Part shown: positions 26,329 through 40,913 of the stretch, one piece after another
How the letters are laid out: each line of letters begins with the position of its first letter
Numbering within the stretch: position 1 is the stretch's first letter
From: Lytechinus pictus
Lineage: Eukaryota
Assembly (NCBI RefSeq): GCF_037042905.1
Contig: NC_087249.1
Location: 6,636,001 to 6,700,000 of the forward strand
DNA length: 64,000 nt
Reading direction: 5' to 3'
Position numbers and translations under genes: made by a program
Notes under the pieces: model-generated
What the model was told of the DNA's origin: nothing
The model's input: the letters and a program-made list of their open reading frames with translations, nothing else
The model's database searches: none

Positions 26329-26499
26329 TTTGTTAAATACTTTTTCATTCATCGAGGAGGGAAGGGGCTGCACTTAAGGGTGCATTTTGTATAAAATCCA
26401 TTCTTCTGACCCCTGCTACTACATGTAATTGCAGTCCATGGTCCTGTAATATAAAGCTTGGCAATTGATCATAGGACTGATTTCTATGATTGATTGTAA

Positions 26500-27055
26500 T
26501 AATAATATTAATATTTGAAATTTATATAGTGCATAATAATAAAAGGACTCTCTATGCGCTTTACAAAATATATTTAATTACTAAATTATACATTAAACCT
26601 TATCTGAATTATACAATAAACCTAAACCTTAATCCTAAAATACTTAATACAAATTAGAACAAATTATTTTTCAATACATAAAAGTTACATCACTAATGAA
26701 ATGAAAACTTACAATATTTAACAACATAATATATTGAACATTATAAATATCATTTTGAAAATAAGTGAGTTTTGAGCATTGAATTAAATATGGTGAAGGA
26801 TGGTGCAGTTCTTATATTTAATGGTAGAGAATTCCAGAGTACAGGGGCAGATAAAGAAAGGGCTCTTTGACCATATGTATTTGTATTTGTGGAGGGAACA
26901 GTGAGAAGATGTTGTGAGGATGATCGAAGGTTACGTCTTGGTTTATATGGTTCTATGAGTTCTGATATGTACTGTGGGGAGAGGCAATTCTGGGCTTTAT
27001 AATGTTCAGAGGATGGGTCCATCTTAAAGATCATACGTTTTGGTTACTGGTAACT
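26500..27055 (-). mobile_element. L2-clade LINE 3' fragment
   Basis: ORF 26750-27034 (SPQYISELI..RNLRSS..LLTVP..YGQRALSLSAPVLWNSLP..KTHLF) is the typical L2/CR1 ORF2 C-terminus; 3' tail motif tgtaaagcgc..tatataaat. Confidence 0.85.
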
Positions 27056-27679
27056 GTGTATGATCAATCATAACATCTAGCCCACAATCAATAGCTAAGC
27101 TTCATGATGCTGGGCCCAGATTGCTTTTTTATACTCCTATTGGATCATGATTATTCATTCATTGTGACTACAGTATGGGAGAGAATAGGTTGTAGGCCTA
27201 TATCAATGTACAGTAAAAACAACCATTATCATACTGATTTCAAATGTCATAGTGAAATTTTGAAATGCCATCATAGAGCTTACAACACCATGTGAAAGCT
27301 GTCTTTGTTTCAAATGCTATGATTGAATTTTGAAATGCGATCATAAAAGACTTAATCTGAAAGCTCTCTCCATTTCGAATGCCATCATGGTCTCTCCATT
27401 TCGAAAGCCATCATAAGGCATAAAATACCATGTAAAAGCTCTCTTAATTTCATACAAGATTGTACATGTATGTACATGTACATGTATCAAAGGTTGATAA
27501 TAAGAGGAAGTGATTTTCAGAACTCAAAAATCATAAGCCAACTTTGGAGATGTATGCAACACCACCATGTGTACAGACAGTACATTAAACACCTAAAACA
27601 GTGTATTATTGACAGTGAAAAGGAGTGCACTAGGGGGCCAGAAATAGACACCAGTATGTCCAAACATCATACTGTAAGC

Positions 27680-27834
27680 CAGGGAATAATTTTGCTTTGC
27701 AAATTTGAATAGCATTTTTTGTCATAAGAGAAAAGTTCTCAACTACATGCAAGTAATGTACAGTCCTATGTAAAAATATGCTATACAAAAGACTTTATCT
27801 CTTTTTTTTTTAATGCATGGAAAATTATTCCCTG
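27680..27834. mobile_element. MITE family B copy
   Basis: TIR cagggaataattt / aaattattccctg, TSD taagc. Confidence 0.8.
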
Positions 27835-28544
27835 TAAGCTCAGGATTAGGCAAATAATTGTTACAGTCATAAATTGAAGTATAGGCCATGGGCAATCCAT
27901 TATTATATGATTCCGAAACAAATGGTAATTTGTTACAACAGGTTGGCGATATACCAGCAGAAAGCTGTCCTGTCGAGAGACAGGGGACAATAGATCATCA
28001 CTTTTATGAAAAAAAAATAGTTTAATGTTTACAAATATCATTTTGACAGATTTTCAAAATAATGTCGATTTTTTTATACAGACTTGATAGAGTACATTCA
28101 CATGTGAATATGTTTGTAATGTACTGTGATGTGTAATAGTGCAGGGGTGAAACCAAAGTAACAGGTGCTTTGAAACATAATAAATCAGAGTTGACACAAT
28201 CATATGATATGAGGTCAATAAAACCTGTCATAGCCTGGTTTGCATTCTTCACATTGCTTTACACTGAAGGGCTACATGTATGCTGGTACCGTCATTATAC
28301 ATGTAAATGCATATAAAAGCCTTCATGTATGTATTGTACCAGGGACGTCAGAGGGAGAATTGTACTATAGTGCATTTATGGGAAAAACACCATTTTCATG
28401 ACTTTAATCATTCCTGAGAAAAGTTAACGAAGGTAAATGCAGTGCCTACCTTGATGTAGTTTGTATTTTAAATCACAAAAGAAATTCAAATATATGCACA
28501 TTGCTGATCATTCATAATAAAGCTTCAGATGGTAAAAATCCAAA

Positions 28545-28790
28545 GGAGGCGCAAATAGCTCAGGCGGTAAAGCGGGGGTTTCGGATTCTGGTGACCCGGG
28601 TTTGATTCCCACTTGGTACGCTAGTGCTCTTTGGAAAGGCATTAATCCTCATTACCAGGTAGGTAGGTCCCTTGGAGGAGTGGGAGAGGGCCTTTTAATA
28701 AGCCATCGGTCCTCTGGTTGGTTGCTTGCTTACAAGCATTCATGCTTTTTATTAATAGCAATCAGGTAAAAAATCACCACCATCACCATC
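28545..28790 (+). mobile_element. tRNA-derived SINE (reverse copy at about 20511-20700)
   Basis: A-box tagctcaggcgg at 28556, B-box gtttgattccc at 28600, followed by a non-tRNA body shared with the copy at 20511-20700. Confidence 0.75.
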
Positions 28791-31700
28791 CCCATGATAG
28801 GCCTTAAGACTTTATAATGTCTTTCATTTCAACGGACATTAAATAAAAAAAAATTGAAATTGAATGATCTTTTGATCTAAATAGGATTTATACTTTACAT
28901 ATCTAAAAAAAATCAGACTCCAATTCATAAACCTTGTTAGTAGGCCTTACATTTAGGCCTACATTCAAATCGCAAATTCACATGGGGCTAGTCTATGCAT
29001 GGTCAGTGCGAAAGTTGAAAAATTTTGAATTGGGGGATTACATGTATATACATGTACCTTCATGCACATGCCAGTCATTCTGGACACTGCATTGTAGGGA
29101 AACAACACAATTACAACTATCAATTTGAAAAGGATGTTAAAAGTTGTCTTAAAGGTGTGGCTGTACCAAGCAACAACAAAATAATTTGTATACCGGTACA
29201 TTTACTCTTTGCAAAAATGTAAAATATCAAATTTTCAAAAAATAATCATCTCTTTCCTTCATCTTACTAACCTCCTCATCTGAAGCTCTTATAGTGCCAT
29301 CCATGTCATACTCGGTTTCCATAACTACTTCTCAATGGCTAGAAATTGGTAGTCAAGTCAACTGGCCTTGGAGCTAAGACATACCTCCCTCCAAGAGTCA
29401 ATTAGAATCACTTTCTAAGCTCAATAGGTTTATGGTTTCCATGGCAACACACCTTATGCATTTATCTCCTGTATGGAGGATACAATAACAATGGCTTGGA
29501 GTGCCTTGCAGACCATGGGTGGCAGTTTAACCTGTAAGGTATATTGGGTCATCTCTCTAGTCACCGGTCCCCAGAGCAGGTCTCAGTTGGTTGCCTGGAG
29601 CTGTAAAACCCACTCAAAGAGTCAATTAATGTCACTGTCTGGGTGAAACCATCCATCACGGCTTGTTTCCATGGCAAAAACAATAAAAATTGATGCTGAC
29701 CTACATTACCCACATGTATGTACTTAATCCTCACCGAGATGTAAAGGTCAATGTTTATTTATGACAACTTCAGTAACCCTTGAGCATCAGTTACGGGTAC
29801 ACATGTACATGTATGTCATGTGTAGGCTTATCCCCAAAATAGAGGCATGATCTTCAATTTCAAATCAACTTTTGTAACCTATAATACAATAAAACCTTCA
29901 ACTATAGTAGCGCTGTAAATATTGTTGGCATGTGATTTATACATACACATACATGGACATGGAAGTCCTTACTTGCGTTTCAAGGAGAATCATCAACAGT
30001 CATTACCAGCTGCCAATATATTGATCTTTGAATCAGAACAGCTGATCTATCAAATTTTAACACCGTTTTACATTTCAAGCTCTGCATCAACGACAATCAT
30101 CAATAAACTGTTGCATCCATTCATCCTGTGACAGCAATCCTTTTGTGCAGTGCTAAATCAAAGCAATAGATACATAATGCAGATGCAATGATGAGTTTTC
30201 AACAAAAATAATCATTTCCACAAATTCCTTCAACAGCATACACTGCTACAGAACCTCTGAAACAATCTCCAATCAACCAATTGATAGCTGGACAACAAGT
30301 TTAAATCCACTCCAGCTCAGAACGGTATACAACAGTGCTCCAAAGAACTCCACAGAGGCAAACCGAACGCTGGTAGTCACCTCAAAACAATGCGACACAT
30401 GCGGTCCCCTCACACGAGGGATTGCAGATCTTTAAACGATTGCTGGTCGACTCCCGATGACGATCCAATCACATCACCCCTTCAGTCACCTAGCTCTCCA
30501 CACCCAAACCAACTCAAACAACCCTCCAAACTCTGGTAGACCCAGGACCTACATCCCCAGAGTCTGGCAGATTGTGATGACATGCATGCGATGGGGTCCG
30601 ATGGCATCATGACCAGACTTTTCCAAATGTATTTTTCTGTTTATGACTCTGGCTCCTCCCATGAATGTTGAGTCTTTGGCGGACTCAGGACATGATCTAT
30701 GGGTATGTAAGCTGAGAAATGTGGAGCTATGTATCTCACATCGACTAGTCTTGCATAGATACTGGGGTGTTCTAGGTTTACATGTGAATATACATGTAGG
30801 CCTAATACAAGTTTGTCACATATATATGTTTTCTTTGATTCTTTCATTCATCATACAGTAATACCGGTATTAAAAGTGTACCACTTTAGAAACTGTATTA
30901 AATGTGCATTTGCAAAGTGATAACGCCATAAAACAGTAAGAAATGCATAGGCCTATTATTATGTGAAAAATCATTATATGAGAAATCATAATATGTACAT
31001 GTAGATCTGGACTGTCACCATTCATTATTTATCATGCAGCGTCAAACTGGGATAGGGGCTCTACATGTACAAGATGTTAAACAAGATAAAGACAGATATT
31101 AATTCCTTTTCATGGATTCTAAAGTACATGTATAATTATGGGTTGGCCTAAACGGGTGACGGGCCACGGGTAGAAAAGAGAAACATTAAAAGAAATGACA
31201 GGCCTGACAAATAAATTAGCAAATTTTTTTAACATGGGAAAAAAGACCAGAATAACCCTACTTGTTGCCATGGTAAAAGGGGGCTAGAGGTCGCCCTTGT
31301 GATCTTCCGACCTAATAGCTTGATAGCATAGACTACTAGCAACCAGACAGAAAAATGGAATAGACGATGATCATTGCAGGGAGATTACGAGGAGCATTTG
31401 GCCGATGATGAACTTACAAGGCCCGCTGCTCAAGAAGAGATGGGAATACCAGGAGTTGGAGTATCATAGTATCCAATGTCAAAAGAATTACCCTCCAATA
31501 TATCTATGCCAACACAGGTTCATGCTGCACTCGTATGTACAAGTAACCACACTTGATGGTTGCATCCACATTTAAATTTTGATATTATAAATTCGGCCTT
31601 TACTAATCATCATAACTACGAATCGATATTGATGATGATCATAACCAAATACTCTAACAATGTGTGATACTCTAATAAAAGTCACAAAAGAGACCACTTT

Positions 31701-31908
31701 GACAACAAGAAAAGTATTAAACAGCAATGATAAGTATACCTGTCCTAGAATATATTTTTGAAGGCCAACATTGAACATGTCTAGGTCTATTCGGGGGATG
31801 CTGAAAGTGACAATTGGTAGGCCCTACATGTAGGCCTTCTACAACAAGTATATAATTTTCAAGTAGGTCCTACAGTATGTATGTTTTTCGGGTCAAAGAC
31901 CAACAGGT

Positions 31909-32259
31909 CAGACCTGCCAACCTCTGGGAATGAAATATTGTATTCTGTGATTAAAAAAGTGTATTTTTCCCCAAAAGAGTGTATTTCATAATAAAATGCA
32001 TGGCGCACTCGCTAATCGCTGCGCTCAAGCTATTGTACATGCAAGCTAAAATGCGCACTGCTCTTGCAGATGAAAAAAAACACATTTAAACATGTGTATA
32101 TCTCACCCTGGTTTTAATAAAAAAAATAAAAAAACAAGTTACCTGAAATTACATTGACATTTTTTACAAAAACGTAATTTTTAAAGAAAAAACGTACTGG
32201 CGTATTTTGGTTGCAAAAACGTACTATATACGCCCAATACGTACTGGTTGGCAGGTCTG
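31909..32259. mobile_element. hAT-like MITE with 6-bp TSD
   Basis: TIR cagacctgccaacc / ggttggcaggtctg, TSD acaggt. Confidence 0.85.
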
Positions 32260-32330
32260 ACAGGTGCTTATTGTGACTTTCATTAGATTACCATGCACCC
32301 ATGAACGGTTTATTTCAAAATCATCTATTT

Positions 32331-32709
32331 ATGCCAATTCGTCCAATTGTCAACTTGTCTACTATCATTTGGTCTACCATCAGTTTGTCCACTCACCAAA
32401 TGGTCTACTTTCATTTAGTCTGCCAATCCGTCTAATAACCAGTTGGTCCAATAGCCATTTAGTCCATATACCATTTGGTCTAATTGGACCGAGTGTTAAA
32501 TTGTGCAAAATGAATGAAAATGAAATGGATATTAGACCAACTGGTTATGAGACAAAATGGTGATTAGACGAAATGATGATTGAACCAAAGGGTTAATGGA
32601 CCAAATGGTTGTTAGACGAAATGTTGACGGACGGAATGGCATTAGACTATAAAATGAAAGTAGACCATGTGGTGAGTAGACGAGTTGGCAGTAGACAAAT
32701 TGGCAATTT
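32331..32709. mobile_element. Palindromic MITE of ttggtcta/tagaccaa subrepeats
   Basis: Subrepeats in opposite orientation in the two halves; ends tgccaatt / aattggca. Confidence 0.7.
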
Positions 32710-33837
32710 ACCCCCCTGAACTACTCCTGGGTAAAAAGTGGCAAATTCAATGTACAATTATTGCCTTTTCAAATCCTCAATCTGGGAACAGTAATTTTCC
32801 GCTCAATAAAAAAACGTTTAATCCATTTGGAATAAACATAATTTCCCTATCAAAGGATGCACAAGGACTACACGTATTCCATTTAAAAATCAGTGCACAT
32901 GTACCATTACCAGATCCATTTGCATCGTTCACAAAACAGTATCATAGTATCTGTTTTATATGGGGATTTCAGAATTGTCACATGACTTGCTTGTATCAAT
33001 TTCGATAGCTTTCTCTTCTGAATGAAATTATTGACATTTCCAGTTTCTTGTACTGTTATCTTTTTAGTTTAAAACTTTATGGTTTCCATCCAATTATAAC
33101 TGACAGTAGAAAACCATCATCCCTATTCCAAGCTCTCGGAGCTGGCAGTGAATACTTTAATCTCCCTTCATGTCATTATATGGTTCTATGACATTTGATC
33201 CGGCGAAAATTGCTCCGATGGAAAATCTGCAGTTTAATAAGCCAAACATGAAACCTAACCTCCAAAACTAAATAAACCCTAATTATTCTGAACAAATAAG
33301 GGAATAATTTTGCTTTTAACAAATTTGAATCTAGCATTTTTGGTCATAAGAGAAATGCTCTCAATGTACTACAGTCCTATGTAAAAAATATGCTATACAA
33401 AAGACTTTATGCATAGCAGTCTTTCAAAAATGTGGATCAAATTGCGAAGCGATACCAGGAAAATTATTCCCTGAATCCTAACTCTAACCCTATGCTCTCT
33501 GACTCTGAGATCTACATTATCAAGACCTGAGCAAATGTAGCAGGAGCAAAATGTTATGTCACCCATTTAATAGTTCGCAGGCCTACATTGTAAAGTACAC
33601 ACAGTATTGCAATAGCATAATGGAAAATACTATTCTGAAACACCCATTAATGTAATGTAGGCCTTCATTATGGCCAAGAATGTAGGCCTGTGTGTTACAT
33701 AAGTACTGCAGTACAATGTAATGGATATCAGATGAAAAGTGAAAGTTGTCATAATGATCCAGCACTGTTCTGGCCTACATGATAGATGCTCAGATCTATT
33801 AAAGGGATGGTCCATGATAGATGCTCAGATCTATTAA

Positions 33838-34413
33838 AGGGATGGTCCAGGCTGGATATATTTATATCTCAATAAATAGAGTAGAATTCACAAAGCAAAA
33901 TGCTGAAAATTTGATCAAAATCGAATAACAAATAACAAAGTTATTGAATTCTAAAGATTTGCTTTATTCCGGTCAAACAGTTCTAAGGGCCTTTATGAAC
34001 ATTCATTAGATGGGCTGATGATGTAATATCCCCACTTTTTCTTTTGTATTTTATTATATGAAATTAGATTTATTCAAAAATTTTCTACCAAGAACTATTA
34101 AAACAACTGGATTTTAGTTATTTGCTGACGCTACTTAAATGTATTTCATCATATTAATAGAGACACATCATTTTACACATACATGTATGAAAAATATGGT
34201 TTCATGTAATAACATAAGAAAAAGGGAAGTGGGGATGTGACATCATCAGCCCACCTAATGAATATTCATGACGATGTGCATATAACTGTTTTCACAAAAT
34301 ATTGATAAACTTTTAAATTCAATATGTTATCCGATTTTGATGAAATTTTCAGCATTTTTCTCTGTGAATTTTACTCTATTTATTTAGATATATTTTCAGC
34401 CCAGACCATCCCT
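33838..34413. mobile_element. Kolobok-like non-autonomous element
   Basis: TTAA flanks, TIR agggatggtc / gaccatccct. Confidence 0.8.
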
Positions 34414-36771
34414 TTAAAACAGCTAATTGGAAACTCTCTACAATTACCAACAACAAAACCAATTAGACCTACATGTTCGTGTACTCAAAACATGCAATTT
34501 AACCATGCATGTTCCCATAATTCAGCTGATGTTGTGTACTACAGAACACTAATTATTTCCTTGCTAAAGGATTCCATAATGGCTATTCAAGGCACTTTGT
34601 GGGAGTTGGGGTCAGGATACGGTGACATTTGAGGTTGAGGAATATATGTAAAGCTCTATTCCACTCCCGGACTCACTCTATGATAAATTTTAACCATTGA
34701 AGAAAACAAGACTTACATGTACATATACTTTGTGCTACAGCACAGGGGCTATTTTTCTATCACTCCTTAATGTACAATGTAGCCTATACATGTATGTACG
34801 TCGTGTATCAGATACAAGCGGTAATGAATAATCTTGCAAAAAACTATTCTTCAAGCAATACATTTAATACTGGGTAAGCAATACAGTGATAAAAAACTTT
34901 TCCTTTCACATACAATGATTGCGGTTGGGGGGAGAGGCCGGGCATTCAACATTGTTTTATGATGTTTTCAAACACCGACTTTAATCAAATGGGGGGGGGG
35001 GGGGCTTGACCTTTTTAAGGGGGGTGAATTGTGTGTGGTCTCTCATTGACTGTGTGTATAAATACATAGTCTTAATATACATGTATACGTTTTCAGATAT
35101 CTTCAGAGAATAAATTGACCAATAATTGTATTTGTATAGAGAAACAACTAAAATGTTTTGAGAGGAAAAGTAATTGTTTTGCTACTTGTTATTATTGCGG
35201 TACAATTGTAATGAGTAGTTAATTAGCATGTTATCATTCAAGTGGGTCTATATTACTAGACTACACTAGCCTTATGGGTCAGGAAACTGGCCAGGTATGA
35301 GTAGTTGAGGACTCAAGATGGCGCTATTGGTTCGTATCTGCTTTAAATGTGCAGGAATATTGTCAAGACTAAAATGCTGAAAGCACACAAAATATGCAGA
35401 TGCTGTTTCGCTTGAATTTAAAAAAAATAACTGACTTCGGAAGTAACCAAAGAGTATAGCCTCCATTTGCAGCTACTAATACAGTGTACACTGTAAACAT
35501 GTAGGTCAAATAGCGTTTGGCACGTCTATCAGCAACAGCTCATAGCTGGATGGTCCTCATGTTCGATAGATCCATTGAGATGATATCATGAACAGTGCTT
35601 AGCTATATCAGGTTACTTCAATTAGCACTCTTAATTACCAGGCACACCGTCATCAATCATACAGATCTATCCACACAAGCAGTTCAACTAATTACCACTC
35701 AAAAACACTTTTGAGAAATCAACCCTCATTTAACTGGAGGCTGGTCAACACCATCTCAACCTACATTTACAAGCATAATGAATTTCATAAATATATAATA
35801 ACAATTGCTTGCACAGGAAACTTTAAAGGCCTATGGTTTTCTAGTACATGTACACACTGAAAAAAGCTGCTTTATCAATTTAAACACAATATGATGCAGT
35901 TTACTATTTATCAGGAATCAGAAAAAATATCAGCCAAAGATACAGGATTTACAAGGATGGGGTGTGGCCACTTTTGAAGTTAAAGGAACCTTTTTGTCAC
36001 CAAATATTTTGACAAGCAAAAAAGGCGAGAAGTTATCACCACGAATGTAGTCCATTCACTTTTTCAGTTTCCTTCTTTTTGATAATTAAAAAAAACAAAA
36101 ATAAAATTGTCAAGGGTCACCCCCCCCCCCTTATCTGCACGGACTGCACCTAAGATCCAGGTAAAAAAAAATCAATTTGAGGGGCTGCTTTTCACAACTA
36201 CATGTAAATGCCAAAATCTGCATTAATGGGTACGTTTTGAATGAAGATTTTCCAGGGCTCTTTTGAACACTTCGGGGGCAAATCGCCGAGCCCCGATTGA
36301 ATTTTTTCTACCTTGCTAGGATCGCAATTGTCACAAAAGAAAGTAGACATAAATGTCACATCACAAACTAGTATTACTTCTCAATTTAAAACATATAATG
36401 GGAAGTTGGGTACCTGTATTTGGCAGTGCTCAAAATGAGGAAGACCCTTTGAAAAATTATGATTGCAATTATTGATCAAATAGTACTATCCACTTCCCAT
36501 CAGAGCCCAATAACATGTCATAACGTTGCTCTAGAGTAAATAGAAAAATGAGCTCAACACAAGCCAAGAAAGCACTTGAGTGACTACGCTCGAATCAAAA
36601 TTGTCAATTGAGGTGTGTAATATACACTAATGAGCATTTTAAGTATGAACATACATGTAGTTTCATGTGGTAGGTGCTACTATTATGGGTGATTTTTTTG
36701 GTGGGAGGTGCACAAAAAACCTTTTAACAAAAGTGGCACAATTTTGAAATAAAACAAGTAGGCTTACTTCG

Positions 36772-36930
36772 GGGGAGCGTTTCACGAAAGGACTTGTCTG
36801 ACTTTTTATCTGACAAGTCCCATTTTATCCGACAGTTGCCATAGGAACTGTGCTTCTCAGCCAATCAAAATCAAGGAAAGATGTCAGATCTGACAACTTG
36901 TTGGATGGAAATGTTGATGAAACGCTCCCC
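36772..36930. mobile_element. Harbinger-like MITE family C (reverse copy at about 63490-63640)
   Basis: TIR ggggagcgtttca / tgaaacgctcccc. Confidence 0.8.
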
Positions 36931-38167
36931 AGGATATATATTTTCACAACTTCAATCAGTGTGACTTAAAATATTAATGTAAACACATAATTTTCTAAAA
37001 TTGATTGTGCAATAATTACAAACCAAAAATAATCCAATACATCTAAGTTTTAAAAAATGGCAAGATAGTTTTACATGAATATGTCACTGTAAACACAAAA
37101 CAAGAAACCGACTATGAACCGATCGTTGGTAGAATGTCATTCAAAATAATGTAACCGCTTTGATCAGTACATATGGTATTGGTTGATATGTTGTTACTGC
37201 TACAGTGAAGTTCATGGCCTTCATACAATGCATTAAATGTCCATTACAAGCACAACCTTTAAATGGACGAATACTTTTTTTCTTTGGATGATTTTTTTTT
37301 TTGGGGGGGGGGGGTCAAAGTCCAAATTCAATGATAACAAATGCATGGACGGCAAAAACAAGTGAAAATACTATGCATTTTACGTACTACATTAGGTACA
37401 ACAAGAGCACACACAGTCCTGAATTCATGAATGTAAATATAATCAAGACACAAAATACTACTTTGCAGCAAGTCTACAGGCATCTGTAGGAATTATGATC
37501 CAGACTTTTCTTTTGTGGGAAGGAATCTTGTTGACATTTGATAGTTTCTCGGTATCATCAATGCCTATTGATCTACGGTATTATACAATTGAGAGTATCC
37601 ACATGCCAATATAATGTGCATGTTAAAATCAAAGTACATGTACAGTGTATGCAAAACTACCCATTGTGAAAATCCCATTGTTATACTTTTTTAGTTTAGA
37701 GTAGACTGTCCACTCATGCATCCATCCAACTATACATTTTTGTGTTTCATGGGATAGTCCTACATATGTAGCTTGAAGGCCTACTACAGTGTACAAACAT
37801 TATAATACATTGTAGAATTGAGTGAAAAATCCACATTTGTACACTATTAAATACTTTCTGCTCTGAGTAAATGTCACATACTGTACATATACACAGAGAG
37901 TGAAGGATCTATCAAAAGAGGCTTCCTTGAATGTACCAATGAGCAGGGAAGAAAATCAATTATATTGATCTAATTACAGTACCCATATTGTCAGGTTTAA
38001 TAAGGTATTACTTAGGAAACAGTAGACCAAACTGTCTGGTCTCCGGATAGTTCGAAATATTGTATTTCAGATGAAGTTGAATAGAAAATACAAAACTACA
38101 TGTAGGCCTATTTTAAATTCATGCTATTTTAGTGAATTACCGGTACATTATCAATGAATCTAAAAGA

Positions 38168-38242
38168 AGTAGTAGAAGTAGTAGTAGTATTAGTAGTAGT
38201 AGTAGTAGTAGTAGTAGTAGAAGTAGTATTGGTAATGTTACT

Positions 38243-38314
<72 letters not shown>

Positions 38315-38319
38315 ATAGC

Positions 38320-38387
<68 letters not shown>

Positions 38388-38530
38388 CAGTAGCAGTAGC
38401 AGTAGCAGTAGCAGTAGCAGTAGCAGTAGCAGTAGCAGTAGCAGTAGCAGTAGCAGTAGCAGTAGCAGTAGCAGTAGCAGTAGCAGTAGCAGTAGCAGTA
38501 GTAGCAGCAGCAGTCAGCAACAGCAGCAGC
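38168..38530. repeat. Compound microsatellite (TAG)n-(TAGCAG)n
   Basis: Direct reading; accounts for the three low-complexity ORFs here. Confidence 0.98.
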
Positions 38531-39787
38531 TTGAATAATAGCCACAATACAGTTATGAAACTGTACTCACACCAATATTCACTAAATACAAGAAACCCTA
38601 CAGTGAGTGATAGAGGGATTGTGGACGTCCAAATTCAAGGGCCTAATAATCCCATTAACATATAGCAATACACAAATTTCTCTGTAGATCAATAATTCAC
38701 AGAGTTTGTTTATAGTGAAGAATCACTGACAGTGACAAGATATGAGGCTATAATTTCTTTCTCATATCAATAACAGTCCTATTCTTCACACAGGCTGACC
38801 ACTTTTCTTCTAGCATGACCTGCATAGCCTATTCTTCAACAAATTTACAACACATACTGTACATATCTTTGGGACAATGAATTATTTGAACTTTGAACCT
38901 TTTTACATCAGTTTTTATTCTTAAAATTGACAAAAGACAATTTTCTTTGTACCAATCTGGTTTTATTTTGTAAAGTCACAGCAATTTTGTAAGAAACTTT
39001 TTTCATTGCATTTGAATTTTTCTATTTTAATCAGACATTTATAATTTAGACTCGTAAGAAACTTATCAATTCCTGTTAAAAAAAACTACTAAGTGTCTAC
39101 ATGTATCTGAGCACTGATATTTTAGAGTGATTATCTCCCTTTACATATCGTACTGAAAATAGATGGATACTATGTCCCAAAAGGCCTGATTGGATATTCT
39201 TTGCTTTTTATAAATATCATCTGAAATTGCACCAGCTCAAAAATGTAAAAATAAGATTGACCAATTAATCATAATTCTTTGCAATAAGGAAGATGATAAT
39301 AAGCACGAAAGTATACAATGTAGATGGGGCCCAATATAATTTCTGGGCACAAAAAAAAAGAAATTCAGATTCTATAGATGAATTCCATTTAAATTCCACA
39401 AAACTTTCTTTAAAGTAGTATTGTTTATGTTCTTAAGAGTTTCATAGAGTGCCGAAAATCTTATCTTAAATTTGCAAGATATTACTGGTTATCCCATGTA
39501 TGTGCACCCATTCATTCTACAAACAATTCAGGGGCCGATTGCACGAAAGAGTCTTGCAAGGACTGTCTTTCGTGTATAAATTATCTGCAAACATATTTTA
39601 TTCGTCCATTACAGTAAACAAAATGTTTATTTATAAAATGACGTGATACAGCATGAAATTGTATAAAAATTGATTTAAAAGCTAGCTAAAAATTTGTATT
39701 TATTTATCATGAATTTCAGAAATATCCAGCATGTAGCGTATCATAAAAGATGGGCAACACCACTCATTCAATGAACAAGGTTATATA

Positions 39788-39913
39788 GTACCAGTCACAA
39801 TTCTTTGACTCACTGTTACCTGTTTCGGCCAGAGAACAATAGAATCAGTGGACCAAATCTATTGTTCTCTGGTTGAAACAGGGAATAGTGATTCAAAGAA
39901 TGGTGACTGGTAC
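39788..39913. repeat. ~125-bp imperfect palindrome (foldback MITE-like)
   Basis: gtaccagtcac..ccagagaacaataga / tctattgttctctgg..gtgactggtac. Confidence 0.8.
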
Positions 39914-40913
39914 TGTACCTTGTTCTCTGTTAGTATTCCATGTGGTGAAATAATGTTGGCAATGTTTGGCTTATTTTCTCTTGTTTTGGGGGGTCAAATG
40001 CTTGATTTTTTTACACTGTCAGTTTCCATTACAACTATTCATCATGTAACTTGGTTCTTATTCTAAATTTAAGTCTTTTAATTATTTTTTCTAAATTCAA
40101 AATAGAGATTGAAAACTGACAATTTTCTTGAACTTTTATTTTTCACCAATAGAGGGAGTGCACAAAAATATGCCAAAAATTGACATTTTTTAGCGCTCAG
40201 GTGAACACAAAATTTATCCCCACCTTACTAGATTGCAACTGTATTAAAATTAGTATTTTGGATACAAAAGTGGCATTTTAATGAATTTTTAAAATGTGTC
40301 TTGCATGTTGTACACTGCATGTAGATTCCCCACAGGCAGGGTGGTAGCACTAGCACTTTTAGCAGTGAACAAGAAAGACGGTCCAGGGGTTTCGATATTC
40401 TGAAAAACGATCACACTGTCACTGACAATGTTACCAGTACAACTAGTATTTGTCTAAAAAAGTTACTCTTTGAATAGGAAAATTAGGGAAATTATGCTCT
40501 TTCATAACAATAACATATTCAAAACACAACAATGTACAAAACAATTCACTGAAATAATGCAAAAGTTTTTAAGAAGTTATAATAAAAAAAACTTTTTGAC
40601 TTGTCTTTGAGTTTGACTCTGTTCGAGTTTGACTTGTCTTTTTTATTTATTTTAATGTCCACAATTAGATCTACAGAGCTGTTGTCTATAACTTAAGAAA
40701 GAAATTAACCGGGAATCTGATCTTTCATTTTTTTTTTAACAAACAAAAATGGTCATGCACTCATGCTGATAGACAGATCTTACATTGATTGATCACAACT
40801 TTTGAGGTGTTATTCAAGTCAAAGCATTAGCTCATCGATAAGCATACGGTAATTTGAACATGTGGGACTGATTCGGATCAGCAGCAGCGCAAAAAAAAAG
40901 TGGATGGACTTAC

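Noticed and set aside
28545..28620. Possible tRNA gene
   Set aside because: No proper acceptor stem, a degenerate B-box, and it runs into a SINE body shared with another copy
38129..38665. ORFs of 136-177 aa with poly-V/Y/T
   Set aside because: They are translations of the (TAG)n/(TAGCAG)n microsatellite
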